From an uncultured bacterium (GTDB lineage Bacteria; Patescibacteriota; Minisyncoccia; Phycocordibacterales; Phycocordibacteraceae), in the NCBI GenBank assembly GCA_937879955.1, contig CALFMK010000001.1:506356-570355 (forward strand): a stretch of DNA of 64,000 nucleotides, written 5' to 3'. Below the pieces are notes generated by a model, which was not told the DNA's origin, did not search any database, and saw only the letters and a program-made list of their open reading frames with translations. The position numbers and the translations under genes are program-made. Positions within the stretch are counted from its first letter, which is position 1. Each line of letters starts with the position of its first letter. This document shows positions 1 to 9,790 of this stretch, piece after piece.

Positions 1-67
1 TAATCGTGCTCCTGTTTCCACGGAGCTTATCTATTTGAACAGAACGGAACTGCTTTGCAAGCGTCGC

Positions 68-541
68 TTATGACGGACGTGTGGACAGCGCGCAGATGGC
101 GAGCGCTATGGCGTCGAGCTCGTCGTCGAGCCGCTTCTTGGGCGGGAGCTCGATGAGTCGCGGGATCATGAGCGCCACCGCCTTCTTGTCCGCGTTCCCG
201 TATCCCGTGACGGCGAGCTTCACCTGCTGCGGGGAATGCTCGGTCACGGAAAGCCCAGCCTCGGCCGTAGCGGAGAGGGCAGCGCCGCGGGCTTCCGCCA
301 CGCCGAGCGCGCTGCGCTTGTTGTTCGTGCTCCAGAACAGGCTCTCGATGGCGACGCGCTCAGGCATGTGCTCCGTTATCGCGCGCGCGACGGCGTCATG
401 GATGGCCGCGAGACGGTCTGCGGCTACTCCTTTTGGAGGGATGACACAGTCGCTCCAGACGTGGGTCGGGCGCGACGGGTCGCCCTCGAGCACGGCGAGA
501 CCCATGCGATCGTATCCGGGGTCTATCGCCAGGATGCGCAT
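68..541 (-). CDS. ruvC: Holliday junction resolvase RuvC
   Basis: 157 aa; N-terminus MRILAIDPGYDRMGLAV typical of RuvC RNase-H-like resolvase; followed by yebC and ruvB. Confidence 0.85.
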   Translation of the reverse strand: MRILAIDPGYDRMGLAVLEGDPSRPTHVWSDCVIPPKGVAADRLAAIHDAVARAITEHMPERVAIESLFWSTNNKRSALGVAEARGAALSATAEAGLSVTEHSPQQVKLAVTGYGNADKKAVALMIPRLIELPPKKRLDDELDAIALAICALSTRPS

Positions 542-1102
542 CTAGTCGCTCTCGTTATCCTCGTATCCGCGCGCGTTCGTGTAGACGCGCTGGATATCGT
601 CGTTCTCGTCGATCTGGTCGAAGATCTTCCCGAGGGATTCCTCGTCCGCTTCCGACAGGTCCATCAATGGCTCGTTCGGGGTGTAGGAGCCGTCCGGCGA
701 CTTCTTGAACGCCCACGCGGCAGAGCCCTGCGCGCCGAGCTCGAAGCCGTTCTTCGTTATGAGATGCTTCATCTCCTGGGTGGTGCGGTTCGTATTGTCG
801 GTGAGCGCGTCGATGATGATCGCGGTGCCGCCCGGGCCGTACCACTCGTAGACCACCTGCGTGAGCTCGCCTGCGTCCTTCGACGCACCCTTCGCGATCG
901 CACGGTCGATGCTGTCCTTCGGCATGTTTATCGCCTTCGCGCGCGCGATGGCGGCGGCGAGTCCCGGAGCCGATACGGCGCCCCCCGCCTTCTTCGATTC
1001 GAGGGCTATGAGCTTCGAGAAGCGGCCGAACGCCTTAGCCTTTGCGCCGTCCGCGGCGCCTTTCTGTCGCTTTATCTGCGACCATTTGCTGTGTCCTGAC
1101 AT
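542..1102 (-). CDS. yebC: YebC/PmpR family DNA-binding regulator
   Basis: 186 aa; MSGHSKWSQIKRQKG N-terminal signature of YebC family; start ATG abuts ruvC stop. Confidence 0.85.
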   Translation of the reverse strand: MSGHSKWSQIKRQKGAADGAKAKAFGRFSKLIALESKKAGGAVSAPGLAAAIARAKAINMPKDSIDRAIAKGASKDAGELTQVVYEWYGPGGTAIIIDALTDNTNRTTQEMKHLITKNGFELGAQGSAAWAFKKSPDGSYTPNEPLMDLSEADEESLGKIFDQIDENDDIQRVYTNARGYEDNESD

Positions 1103-1131
1103 GTATTCACTATATCAAATGCAGCCCATCC

Positions 1132-2133
1132 TTACGTCTTAAGGTATTCCTTTCCTTTGTTCGTGAGAATGCGTCCCCTCGGAGACCGTTCGACGAACCC
1201 AAGGCGCATGAGATACGGCTCGTAGACGTTCTCGACCGTGTCCGGATCCTCGTGGAGCGCAGACGCGAGCGCGCGGATACCGGAAGGCCCGCCCTTGAAC
1301 GAATCGCGGAGCGTCTCGAGATATCGGCGGTCGTCCTTGGTGAGGCCGAGTGCGTCGATGCCGAAGAGCTCGCAGGCGAGGTCCGCTACCTCCGCGGAAA
1401 GAGGACGTTCTTCTACTTCCGAATAATCGCGAACGCGCTTGAGGAGGGCGTTCGCGACGCGCGGCGTCGCTCGGCTCCTCGACGCCACGCGCTCGATGAC
1501 CTCCTCGGGCGCGTCGAGCTTCAGCACCTGCGCCGAACGGCGGATGATGCTCCGGAGATCGTCGTCGTTATAGAAATCGAGCTGGTACACGCCGCCTCCG
1601 AAGCGGGAGCGGAGCGGTGAGGAGAGCTGCGCCATGCGGGTCGTGGCGCCTACCAAGGTAAACGGCGGGAGCGCGAGCTCGACGGTGCGCGCGGACGGCC
1701 CCTTGCCGAGCACGATGTCGAGCGATCCGGACTCGAGGGCGGGGTAGAGGAGCTCCTCCACCTTCGAGGAGAGCTGATGAATCTCGTCGATGAAGAGGAC
1801 AGTGCCCGGTTCGAGGTTCGTGAGGATGCTCGCCAGGTCCGCGGCGCGCTCGATGGCGACGCCGGAGGTGCTCTTCAGCGGAGCGTCGAGCGAAGCCGCT
1901 ACGAGGTGCGCGAGGGTGGTCTTCCCGACGCCCGGAGGACCGTAGAAGAGGATGTGCTCGGGCATGTCCCCGCGCTTCTTCGCGGCCTCCAGGACCACGG
2001 AAACATTGGCTTTTACGTGACCCTGGCCGACATAATCGTCCCAGACGGATGGACGGAGCGCGGCGTCGAGCGCCTGGTCCCGGAGCTTCGGTGTATCAGT
2101 AGGGCTTGACATAAAGTTGCACTGTGCTAGCAT
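1132..2133 (-). CDS. ruvB: Holliday junction branch migration ATPase RuvB
   Basis: 333 aa; Walker A GPPGVGKTTLA, AAA+ layout, C-terminal winged helix typical of RuvB. Confidence 0.9.
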   Translation of the reverse strand: MLAQCNFMSSPTDTPKLRDQALDAALRPSVWDDYVGQGHVKANVSVVLEAAKKRGDMPEHILFYGPPGVGKTTLAHLVAASLDAPLKSTSGVAIERAADLASILTNLEPGTVLFIDEIHQLSSKVEELLYPALESGSLDIVLGKGPSARTVELALPPFTLVGATTRMAQLSSPLRSRFGGGVYQLDFYNDDDLRSIIRRSAQVLKLDAPEEVIERVASRSRATPRVANALLKRVRDYSEVEERPLSAEVADLACELFGIDALGLTKDDRRYLETLRDSFKGGPSGIRALASALHEDPDTVENVYEPYLMRLGFVERSPRGRILTNKGKEYLKT

Positions 2134-2400
2134 TCTATCACACCGGCTCTTTCACAGGGCCGATTCTCTTTTCAGATCGTACATAGCACCCTCTAGGCAA
2201 GGCTTGACGGCTTAAGGGCGTTTCCCCAAGGATCATCTGGTACCGCGCTTGTTCGCGGCTCGCTGGGTGCCTCCTCAGGCGACTCGTTCACCTTCCTTAA
2301 TTGGAAGGAGTGCCTGGAGGGTACTGTTTGGGATCTGCAGAGAGCAAACGGGAACAAAACGCACGCTACGGCGTGCGTTTTGCGTATATACTGGTGGCAA

Positions 2401-2582
2401 TGCAGGCCACTGACATACGCATCGCGTACGACGACATCGCAGATGCGCTTTCGAGAGAGCATCGCGACGAGCTCGCTTCCATCGAAGAGGCCGCGCTCGC
2501 GCTCAAGCGCTCCATCGCTGAGCGCGCGGCAGATACCAAGAAGGCATCGGTCCTCGACCGGCTCTTCAAGCGATCCGTATGA
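2401..2582 (+). CDS. small hypothetical helical protein (60 aa)
   Basis: internal ATG of ORF 2301..2582, downstream of hairpin 2357..2381 and a TATATACT box; its TGA overlaps the ATG of the next gene (ATGA). Confidence 0.3.
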
Positions 2583-3277
2583 GCCTCGAATCCCCGCACG
2601 AGTACGCAGAGATCGAGGTTGGGCATGAGTCCGTCTTCGACGACGTCGACGCGATAGCCGCCGACGCGGACAAGAGGGCTGAGGTTATGGAAGCGGGAGA
2701 GGGACGCGTCGCACAGACCCTCGAAGGGATACGGCCGCAGACTCCCGAGGACGAGCGTCTCCTTGCCGAACTCAGCGAGCGCCTCGCGGAACTCCCGGCC
2801 TCACGGGAGGATCTGAAGAACGTCACGCAGTCCGCCGCGCTCGATACGCTTCTGAGCGTTATCGCGTCCCCTGCGGAAGCGGATGACGGCACGCGCGAGG
2901 AGAAGGTGGCGCGCGTCCTTGCGGACAACCCGAGCCTCCTCGAGACCCTGGTACGAGGCCTCGCGAGCGTGACCCAGATGAACGTGCCGCAGCTCGACAA
3001 GCATCCTATCGACCACTCGGAACACGAGCGCCTCGCGTCCGAGACGAAGGCCATACTCGACGAGCTCGAGGCTGCGGACAAGAAGCTGTTCAAGGGCGTC
3101 GCGCTGCGCACCGCAGAGCGCGTCGCGCGCGCGATCCTGAGCGCGAGCACGCTCGGCATCGGCGGGCTCGTCTATGACTCCGCGAAGGACGCGTACCTGA
3201 ACATGCAGAAGCGCAAGGAGATACGGGCGCGCCGGAAGAAGCTGCTCGAATCCGCGAGCGCGTACGCGATGGCGTAA
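2579..3277 (+). CDS. hypothetical acidic alpha-helical protein
   Basis: 232 aa ORF ending just before a strong hairpin terminator; no family recognised. Confidence 0.5.
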   Translation: MSLESPHEYAEIEVGHESVFDDVDAIAADADKRAEVMEAGEGRVAQTLEGIRPQTPEDERLLAELSERLAELPASREDLKNVTQSAALDTLLSVIASPAEADDGTREEKVARVLADNPSLLETLVRGLASVTQMNVPQLDKHPIDHSEHERLASETKAILDELEAADKKLFKGVALRTAERVARAILSASTLGIGGLVYDSAKDAYLNMQKRKEIRARRKKLLESASAYAMA

Positions 3278-3284
3278 GCAACGA

Positions 3285-3314
3285 GAAACCCCGATACGGA
3301 CGTATCGGGGTTTC
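3285..3314. terminator. bidirectional rho-independent terminator hairpin
   Basis: GAAACCCCGATACGGACGTATCGGGGTTTC perfect inverted repeat between convergent genes. Confidence 0.7.
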
Positions 3315-3328
3315 TTCTATAAGACGGC

Positions 3329-5020
3329 TCAATCGCGCGGCAGGTCTACGACCCGGAACACCTCGTCGAGCGATGTCTCTCCGGCGAGCGCCTTCAGCAC
3401 GCCGTCCTGCGCCATGGTGAGGAATCCCTGGCGGCGGACCGACTTCGCGATGTCGCCCTCGCTCGGGTTGTCGCGCAGGAAGGTGCCGAGCTCGTCGTCC
3501 ATGAAAATCGCCTCGTAGAGCCCGGCGCGTCCCTTATACCCGGTCTCGTCCGGGCTCTTCGGGTCCGCAACCCAGAGCGTGTCGAGCGACGCCGGCATGA
3601 GGGACGGGTCCGCGAGGGTAGAGAGGACCTTCTCCATGAGCCGCTTCTGCTCGTCGGTGGCGGGTACCTGCTTCTTCGCGTCAGGGTCGAGCGTGCGCAC
3701 GAGGCGCTGCGCCATCGCGACTGATACTGCGGACGCGAAGGTCTTCGGGTCGACGCCGAGGTCGACGAGGCGGGGGAAGGTACCGGCCGCGTTGTTCGTG
3801 TGGAGCGTCGAGAACACGAAGTGTCCCGTGAGGGCAGCCTGGACCGCGGTCGCGGCAACCTCGCTGTCGCGCACCTCGCCGACCATGATCACGTCAGGGT
3901 CCTGGCGGAGCACGGAGCGGAGCCCGGAGGCGAACGTGTAGTCCGTCCCGTTGGTCTGCGTCTGCACGATGCCGGGAAGGTGATACTCGATCGGGTCCTC
4001 GATTGTCACGATCTTGATCTCGGGCGTATGGATATGGCGGAGGAACGCGTAGAGCGTCGTGGTCTTTCCGGAGCCGGTCGGTCCCGTCACGAGGAGCATG
4101 CCCGTCGGGCGGGTGATCTCGGTAGTGAGACGGTCGAGCAGGTTCTTCCTGATGCCGAGCCGCTCGAAGGTCACGCCGAGCATCGCCGGATCGAGGATGC
4201 GCATCACGAACGATTCGCCGTACGCGCCCGGGATGAGCGAGGTGCGGATCTCCACCTCCGTGTCCCCGGACGGGACCGAGAAGCGCCCGTCCTGCGCGCG
4301 GTCGCGGATGTTGAGCTTCAGGCCCGAGAGGAGCTTGATGCGCGAGGAGAGGAGCTGATACGTATGCGCGTCGAAGGTGTACGCGTCCGTGAGCTGGCCG
4401 TCGAGACGGAGCCTTAGGCGGATGCCCGCCTCTTCGGGCTCCAGGTGGATGTCGGACGCCTTCATGGCGAACGCGGTAGCGAGTATGAAATCGAGGACCC
4501 GCGAGACCTGCGCGCGGGCTCCCGCGACGAGCACCTCGTCGAGCTGTGCCCTGAGCGCGGCGAGGCTCGTGAGCTTTCCGCGAAGCTCCTTGAGCTCGCC
4601 GCCCGAGATCTCGAAGACGCCGGCCTTCGACTCGCTCGCGAACGAGAGCTCGGCGTAGCGGAGGAACGCCCGCTCGAGCGACTTCTTGGAGACGAGGAAG
4701 CGGGAGAGGATATACCCCTGGCTCTCGAGCGCGTGCTCTATCTGCGCGAGCGCGACGCTGCTCGGGTTCCGGAGCGCGATGGAGAGGTGCTTCCCGGTCT
4801 TCTCGAACACCACCATCTCCGCTTCACGCGCCTCCTTCTCGGGAACGAGCCGAAGCGCGTCCACGTTGATCGGCATGATGGTGAGGTCCGTGTACGTGTA
4901 GCCGTACTTCTCCGAGAGGACGCGCGCGAGGTCCTCCTCTTCCTGCGCGCGCACGCTCGCGAGCTTCGCGTCCTCTGCATCGGTATCGAACGGTCCAGGC
5001 ATAGCCTCATGATAGCGCAT
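3329..5020 (-). CDS. pilB: type IV pilus assembly / type II secretion ATPase (PilB/GspE family)
   Basis: GspE N-terminal domain, Walker A GPTGSGKTT, Asp/His boxes; ORF runs to 5206 but upstream part (MRERRLPRAE...) is non-GspE-like and would overlap tsaE, so start placed at MRYHEAMPGP (5020) or MPGP (5002). Confidence 0.8.
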   Translation of the reverse strand: MRYHEAMPGPFDTDAEDAKLASVRAQEEEDLARVLSEKYGYTYTDLTIMPINVDALRLVPEKEAREAEMVVFEKTGKHLSIALRNPSSVALAQIEHALESQGYILSRFLVSKKSLERAFLRYAELSFASESKAGVFEISGGELKELRGKLTSLAALRAQLDEVLVAGARAQVSRVLDFILATAFAMKASDIHLEPEEAGIRLRLRLDGQLTDAYTFDAHTYQLLSSRIKLLSGLKLNIRDRAQDGRFSVPSGDTEVEIRTSLIPGAYGESFVMRILDPAMLGVTFERLGIRKNLLDRLTTEITRPTGMLLVTGPTGSGKTTTLYAFLRHIHTPEIKIVTIEDPIEYHLPGIVQTQTNGTDYTFASGLRSVLRQDPDVIMVGEVRDSEVAATAVQAALTGHFVFSTLHTNNAAGTFPRLVDLGVDPKTFASAVSVAMAQRLVRTLDPDAKKQVPATDEQKRLMEKVLSTLADPSLMPASLDTLWVADPKSPDETGYKGRAGLYEAIFMDDELGTFLRDNPSEGDIAKSVRRQGFLTMAQDGVLKALAGETSLDEVFRVVDLPRD

Positions 5021-5059
5021 CAGGAGCGCGTTGCCGCCCCGCTTGGTACAATTCTCCCC

Positions 5060-5503
5060 ATGAGAGAACCCCGCACGCTCGACAGCCTCGAGGTCCTGGA
5101 AGCGGAAGCGGCAGCCTTCGCGCATTCGCTCGTGCCGAACGATGCGCATGCGACCCTCGTGACGCTCTCCGGTGGGCTCGGCGCGGGGAAGACGACGTTC
5201 ACGCAATCCGTGGCTCGCACGCTCGGCGTGACAGAGCCGGTCACGAGCCCGACCTTCGTGCTCGCGAAGTCATACCCGCTCCCTGCCGGGAACGCGTTCT
5301 CGACGCTCGTGCACATAGACGCGTACCGCCTCGAGGAAGGGAAGGACCTCGTGCCGCTCGCCTTCGACGAGATGATGAGGGACGCCGGCACGCTCGTCAT
5401 GCTCGAGTGGCCGGAGATGGTCGCTGACGGATTGCCTGCGGCAGACGTCGCGATCACCCTCGCACCGGTATCCGATACGAGCCGCACCATTTCCTATGCC
5501 TAA
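5060..5503 (+). CDS. tsaE: tRNA threonylcarbamoyladenosine biosynthesis ATPase TsaE
   Basis: 147 aa from internal ATG; P-loop GGLGAGKTTF and size typical of TsaE/YjeE. Confidence 0.75.
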   Translation: MREPRTLDSLEVLEAEAAAFAHSLVPNDAHATLVTLSGGLGAGKTTFTQSVARTLGVTEPVTSPTFVLAKSYPLPAGNAFSTLVHIDAYRLEEGKDLVPLAFDEMMRDAGTLVMLEWPEMVADGLPAADVAITLAPVSDTSRTISYA

Positions 5504-7901
5504 GAAGAACGAATCAACAGGGAAGACCCGCCTCGTGCTGCTCGACTCGCATGCGATCATCCATCGCGCGTACCATGCCCTCCCGGACTTCACGGCACCC
5601 GACGGCCAGCCTACCGGCGCGCTCTACGGCCTCACCTCGATGCTGATGCGCATCGCGACCGACCTCAAGCCCGATTACATCGTCGCTTGCTACGACCTCG
5701 CGGGCCCTACCGTGCGCCATGAGGCGTACGCCGAGTACAAGGGGACGCGCTCGGTTATCGACGACGCGCTCGTCACGCAGCTCAATACCTCGAGGAACGT
5801 CTTCAAGGCGTTCAACATCCCGATCTACGAGAAGGCGGGGTTCGAGGCCGACGACATCCTCGGCACGATCGTCGAGAAGCTGAAGGATGACGACTCGGTG
5901 GAGATCATCATCGCCTCGGGCGACATGGATACCATGCAGCTCATCGAGGGAAAGAAGGTGCAGGTCTACACCCTGAAGAAGGGACTGAACGACACCATCC
6001 TCTACGACGAGGCGGCCGTAATAGAGCGGTACGGCTTCGCCCCGGAGCGCATCGCGGACTACAAGGGCCTGCGGGGCGATCCTTCTGACAACATCAAGGG
6101 CGTGCCGGGCATCGGAGAGAAGACCGGGACGGAGCTCATCCAGAAGTTCGGCTCGGTAGAGGATATTTACAAGGCCATCAAGAAGGACGAGCCGAAGCTC
6201 CTTGAGGCCGGGATCAAGCCGCGCATCGTGAACCTGCTCAAGGAGCATGAGGAGGACGCGCTCTTCTCGAAGTCGCTCGCTACGATCCGTCATGATGCCC
6301 CGATCTCGTTCTCGCTTCCGGCGAAGGAATGGAGGGAGACGGTCGATGCTACCGCGCTGCTCGCGCTCTTCGACAAGCTCGGGTTCCGGTCGCTCAAGCC
6401 CCGCGTCCGCCTCTTGCTCGGCGAAGGGAATGACGAGGAGGACGAAGACGGGGACGAGCCGGCGGAAGACGAGGAGGATGTCCCGGAGGACCGCCTCGAG
6501 GAAGCGAAGGTGATGCTCTGGCTCCTGTATTCCGATTTCACGAATCCGACGCTCGACGACATATTCGCGTACACGAAGGCGAAGGACTTCGACGAGGCGT
6601 ACGCCGAGCTCGAGAAAGGCCTCGCCGAGACCGGCCGGCTGAAAGAGCTCTACGACACGATCGAGAAGCCGCTCATCGCCGTGCTTAGCGAGATGCACGA
6701 ATGCGGCGTGCGCATCGACACGAAGGTGCTCGAGCGGCTCCAGAAGGAATACCGGAGGGACCTGGAGCAGATCGAGAAGCGCATCTATGCGGCTGCGGGC
6801 AAGGAGTTCAACATAAGCTCGCCGAAGCAGCTCGGCGACGTACTCTTCGACGACCTCGAGCTCGGCGCGAAGGGGCAGAAGAAGACCTCGACCGGGCAGC
6901 GCTCAACGAAGGAGTCCGAGCTCGAGAAGCTCAAGGACCAGCACCCTATCGTCGCGGACGTGCTCGAGTTCCGCGGGCTGCAGAAGCTGCTCTCTACCTA
7001 CATCGAGGCGCTGCCGCCCTTGCTCGACGAGCACGGCCGCCTGCACGCGACCTTCCTCCAGTACGGCGCCGTCACGGGACGCATGGCGAGCCAGAATCCG
7101 GGCCTGCAGAACATCCCGATACGCACCGACCGCGGACGCGCGATCCGTCATGCGTTCGTGCCGCGCGACGGCTTCACGCTCGTAGGCCTCGACTACTCGC
7201 AGATCGAGCTGCGCCTCGCCGCCATACTCTCGGGAGACGAGAAGCTCATCGAGATATTCAAGAGCGGACGCGACGTCCACACCGAGGTGGCGGCCGCGGT
7301 CTTCAAGGTGGCTCCCGAGGACGTGGACCGCGAGATGCGCCGCCGCGCGAAGATCATCAACTTCGGCATCCTCTACGGCATGGGCGTGAACGCGCTCAAG
7401 ACGCAGCTCGGCACCTCCGCGGCAGATGCGCACACGTTCTATGACGACTATTTCGCGACGTTCGACACGCTCGCGAAGTACCTCGAGTCCACGCGCGGCT
7501 ATGCCCGCAAGCACGGCTACACGGAGACGATGTTCGGTCGCCGCCGCCAGTTCCCGGAGATGAAGTCCACGCTCCCGTACGTGCGCGCGCAGGCCGAGCG
7601 CATGGCGATCAACGCGCCGATACAAGGAACGCAGGCCGACATCATAAAGCTCGCCATGGTGCGCGTGGACCGTCTCCTCAAGGACGCGGGCGCGAGCGAG
7701 GACGCGCATCTCCTCCTCCAGGTGCATGACGAGCTCGTGTACGAGGTGCTCGATGCAAAGGTGGAGGAGCTGGCCCAGAAGATCCAGGAGACCATGGAGG
7801 ACGCGCTTCCGAAGGACCTTGCGCGCGGCGTGCCGATCATCGCCGAAGCGAAGGCCGGGCCTGACTGGGGAAACATGGAACCGCTTGCGAAGGGCAGGTA
7901 A
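5496..7901 (+). CDS. polA: DNA polymerase I (5'-3' exonuclease + polymerase; 3'-5' exonuclease domain absent)
   Basis: 801 aa; N-terminal 5'-3' exo (LLDSHAIIHRAYHAL), acidic linker, palm/fingers motifs (RRRAKIINFGILYGM, QVHDELV); only about 90 aa where the proofreading domain normally lies. Confidence 0.9.
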   Translation: MPKKNESTGKTRLVLLDSHAIIHRAYHALPDFTAPDGQPTGALYGLTSMLMRIATDLKPDYIVACYDLAGPTVRHEAYAEYKGTRSVIDDALVTQLNTSRNVFKAFNIPIYEKAGFEADDILGTIVEKLKDDDSVEIIIASGDMDTMQLIEGKKVQVYTLKKGLNDTILYDEAAVIERYGFAPERIADYKGLRGDPSDNIKGVPGIGEKTGTELIQKFGSVEDIYKAIKKDEPKLLEAGIKPRIVNLLKEHEEDALFSKSLATIRHDAPISFSLPAKEWRETVDATALLALFDKLGFRSLKPRVRLLLGEGNDEEDEDGDEPAEDEEDVPEDRLEEAKVMLWLLYSDFTNPTLDDIFAYTKAKDFDEAYAELEKGLAETGRLKELYDTIEKPLIAVLSEMHECGVRIDTKVLERLQKEYRRDLEQIEKRIYAAAGKEFNISSPKQLGDVLFDDLELGAKGQKKTSTGQRSTKESELEKLKDQHPIVADVLEFRGLQKLLSTYIEALPPLLDEHGRLHATFLQYGAVTGRMASQNPGLQNIPIRTDRGRAIRHAFVPRDGFTLVGLDYSQIELRLAAILSGDEKLIEIFKSGRDVHTEVAAAVFKVAPEDVDREMRRRAKIINFGILYGMGVNALKTQLGTSAADAHTFYDDYFATFDTLAKYLESTRGYARKHGYTETMFGRRRQFPEMKSTLPYVRAQAERMAINAPIQGTQADIIKLAMVRVDRLLKDAGASEDAHLLLQVHDELVYEVLDAKVEELAQKIQETMEDALPKDLARGVPIIAEAKAGPDWGNMEPLAKGR

Positions 7902-7943
7902 GGGGCTATAGTTTATCCGGGCAATAACACAAGGGAGGAAGAC

Positions 7944-8087
7944 ATGGCCCACTACGAGCTGGCACGCCCGTCCGCCGGTATCATGCGCGCGGGGAAGAAA
8001 CTGCCCGTCGCGATCGGCCTGCTCATTGCCGTCGCCGCGAGTTGCGCTCTTTGGAGCGTTATTCTCCGCGGATTGTCCCTGCTCTAA
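7944..8087 (+). CDS. small hydrophobic protein (47 aa)
   Basis: ATG preceded by AAGGGAGGAAGAC Shine-Dalgarno; one predicted TM helix; not in ORF track because <60 aa. Confidence 0.3.
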   Translation: MAHYELARPSAGIMRAGKKLPVAIGLLIAVAASCALWSVILRGLSLL

Positions 8088-8187
8088 GCACCTTAGGTTC
8101 CTGATGATTCTGGTTCGAGCATGTATGTAAGGCGTTCCCTGGCTATGCCATGGGGACGCCTTTCTCGTTCAGGTATAGTGAGAAGCG

Positions 8188-8838
8188 ATGATCTACCTCT
8201 TCCACGGAAGCGATACCGCTCGCGCTCGCGCGAAGGCGTTCACGTGGATCGCCGCTGCGCGCACGAAGGCGCCGGATGCGGCGTATGTCCGGCTGCAGGG
8301 AAGCCAGATAACCGAGGAGGCGCTGCGCGACGCCATAAGCGCGCAAGGGCTCTTCTTCGCGAAATCCCTCATCCTGATCGACGATCCGTTCGCGGACGAG
8401 GCGTCCGGAGAGACCGTGCTCACGATGCTCGATGAGCTCGCGGCGTCTGATAATCCGGTGGGCATACTCGCGCCGAAGCTGCTCGCTGCACGCGCGAAGA
8501 AGCTCGAAGCCGCTGCTGCGAAGGTATTCAAGGAGGATGCCGTGGCGAAGAAGGAGCGGGGATTCAACAGCGCGCTCGTGAACGCGCTCGGCGCGAAGGA
8601 CGGCAAGGCGCTCTGGAAGGAGATCGTGAAGGCGGAACGCGAGGGCGACGTGCCGGAATCGATACACGGCCTCCTGCACTGGAAGGCGCGCGACATGATG
8701 CAGAAGGGAGGCGGCGCGTGGGGCAAGGACGGCGCGCGCGAGCTCTCGCTCTCGCTCATAGAGCTCGTGTCATCCGCGCGCTCGGGAGATCTTCCGCTCG
8801 GCCCTTCGCTCGAGCGGTTCGCGCTCTCGCTCAAGTAG
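8188..8838 (+). CDS. holA: DNA polymerase III delta subunit-like protein (short HolA)
   Basis: 216 aa; N-terminus MIYLFHGSD resembles HolA start (YLLxGxD), clamp-loader-like helical remainder; weak. Confidence 0.45.
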   Translation: MIYLFHGSDTARARAKAFTWIAAARTKAPDAAYVRLQGSQITEEALRDAISAQGLFFAKSLILIDDPFADEASGETVLTMLDELAASDNPVGILAPKLLAARAKKLEAAAAKVFKEDAVAKKERGFNSALVNALGAKDGKALWKEIVKAEREGDVPESIHGLLHWKARDMMQKGGGAWGKDGARELSLSLIELVSSARSGDLPLGPSLERFALSLK

Positions 8839-8840
8839 CC

Positions 8841-9374
8841 ATGAACATCGGCGTCGGCTCGAAGAATAGGACGAAGGTGGAGGCGGTCGAGACCGTGCTC
8901 AAGGACTACGCACAGCTCAAGGACGCGGCGGTGAGCGGCGTCGCCGTTACCGTCGAAGAGTTCGGACATCCGAAGAATCTCCAGGAGACAGTAGATGGTG
9001 CTATCGGACGCGCGAAGCAAGCGTTCGTAGGGAACGACCTGGGCTTCGGCATCGAGGGCGGGCTCATGGAGGTTCCTGGCACCAAGTCCGGCTTCCTCGA
9101 AGTGGCGGTGTGCGCGATCTACGACGGAGGGAAGACGCACCTCGGGTTCTCGCCTGCGTTCGAGTGGCCGAAGAAGGCGATCGAGGGAATCCTGAATGAC
9201 GGTCTCGACGGGAGTCAGGCCATGAGAGCGGCCGGCCTCACGGACGAGGACAAGATAGGGGAGAGCGGCGGCGTGATACGCATGCTGACGGACGGACGCA
9301 TGGACCGCACAGCGTTCAACGCGCTCGCGATACGCATGGCGCTGATTCACGTGGAGCACCCCGAACTTTTCTAG
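8841..9374 (+). CDS. inosine/xanthosine triphosphatase-like (YjjX/DUF84, Ham1/Maf superfamily)
   Basis: 177 aa from internal ATG; similarity pattern to E. coli YjjX (GVAVTVEEFG...VPGTKSGFLEVAV). Confidence 0.6.
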   Translation: MNIGVGSKNRTKVEAVETVLKDYAQLKDAAVSGVAVTVEEFGHPKNLQETVDGAIGRAKQAFVGNDLGFGIEGGLMEVPGTKSGFLEVAVCAIYDGGKTHLGFSPAFEWPKKAIEGILNDGLDGSQAMRAAGLTDEDKIGESGGVIRMLTDGRMDRTAFNALAIRMALIHVEHPELF

Positions 9375-9385
9375 TGCCAAACGAA

Positions 9386-9415
9386 GAGGGCCTCTGACAT
9401 GCGTCAGAGGCCCGA
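9386..9415. terminator. bidirectional terminator hairpin
   Basis: GGGCCTCTGAC...GTCAGAGGCCC inverted repeat between convergent genes. Confidence 0.6.
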
Positions 9416-9418
9416 TTC

Positions 9419-9790
9419 TTACATGCCGAGGAGTCGCTGAACCGATTCTCTGAATGTCACCTGGTGCCTTTCGGTCTTGTTGGCATAAACCGCCCCCAGG
9501 GCTTCCACGACCCTCTGCGTCTCCGAAGGAAGGTCGGCCGAGAAAACAATGATCGGAGCCTCGCTTCGAAATCGGTGCGCCGCTTGAATGAGGTCGACGC
9601 TCGCGTTAGCGATATCGAGGAGCGTGTTGTCGAAGACGAGCAGGTCATGCCCTCCTTTACTGAGCGCCTGCATGCCCTCGCCATAGTCACGGGCGAGCGT
9701 CATGTCGGCATCGATCTCCCGCATATGGTCCGCCAGGAACTTCTGCCACAGTTCATGGTCCTCGACGACGAGGACGGATTTCTTACCCAT
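9419..9790 (-). CDS. stand-alone response regulator receiver domain (CheY-like)
   Basis: 123 aa from MGKKSVLVVEDHE; receiver-domain acidic pocket residues; SD AGAGAGG upstream. Confidence 0.75.
   Translation of the reverse strand: MGKKSVLVVEDHELWQKFLADHMREIDADMTLARDYGEGMQALSKGGHDLLVFDNTLLDIANASVDLIQAAHRFRSEAPIIVFSADLPSETQRVVEALGAVYANKTERHQVTFRESVQRLLGM

Noticed and set aside
236-1099. 287-aa + strand ORF overlapping ruvC and yebC
   Set aside because: Antisense to two well-supported genes; Arg/Ala-rich composition typical of spurious high-GC antisense frames.
3394-3858. 154-aa Arg/Ser/Thr-rich ORF on minus strand inside pilB
   Set aside because: Alternative frame of the PilB ATPase gene; low-complexity composition; no start context.
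5020-5206. N-terminal 62-aa extension of the pilB ORF (MRERRLPRAEPTGERHEG...)
   Set aside because: Not GspE-like, Arg-rich, and would overlap the divergent tsaE gene; internal Met at 5020 gives canonical GspE N-terminus.
5514-6698. 394-aa minus-strand ORF inside polA
   Set aside because: Antisense to polA with strong protein-family support on the + strand; typical high-GC artefact.
8193-9380. 395-aa minus-strand ORF across holA-like and yjjX-like genes
   Set aside because: Spans two + strand genes; Ala/Ser/Arg-rich low-complexity translation; no homology pattern.
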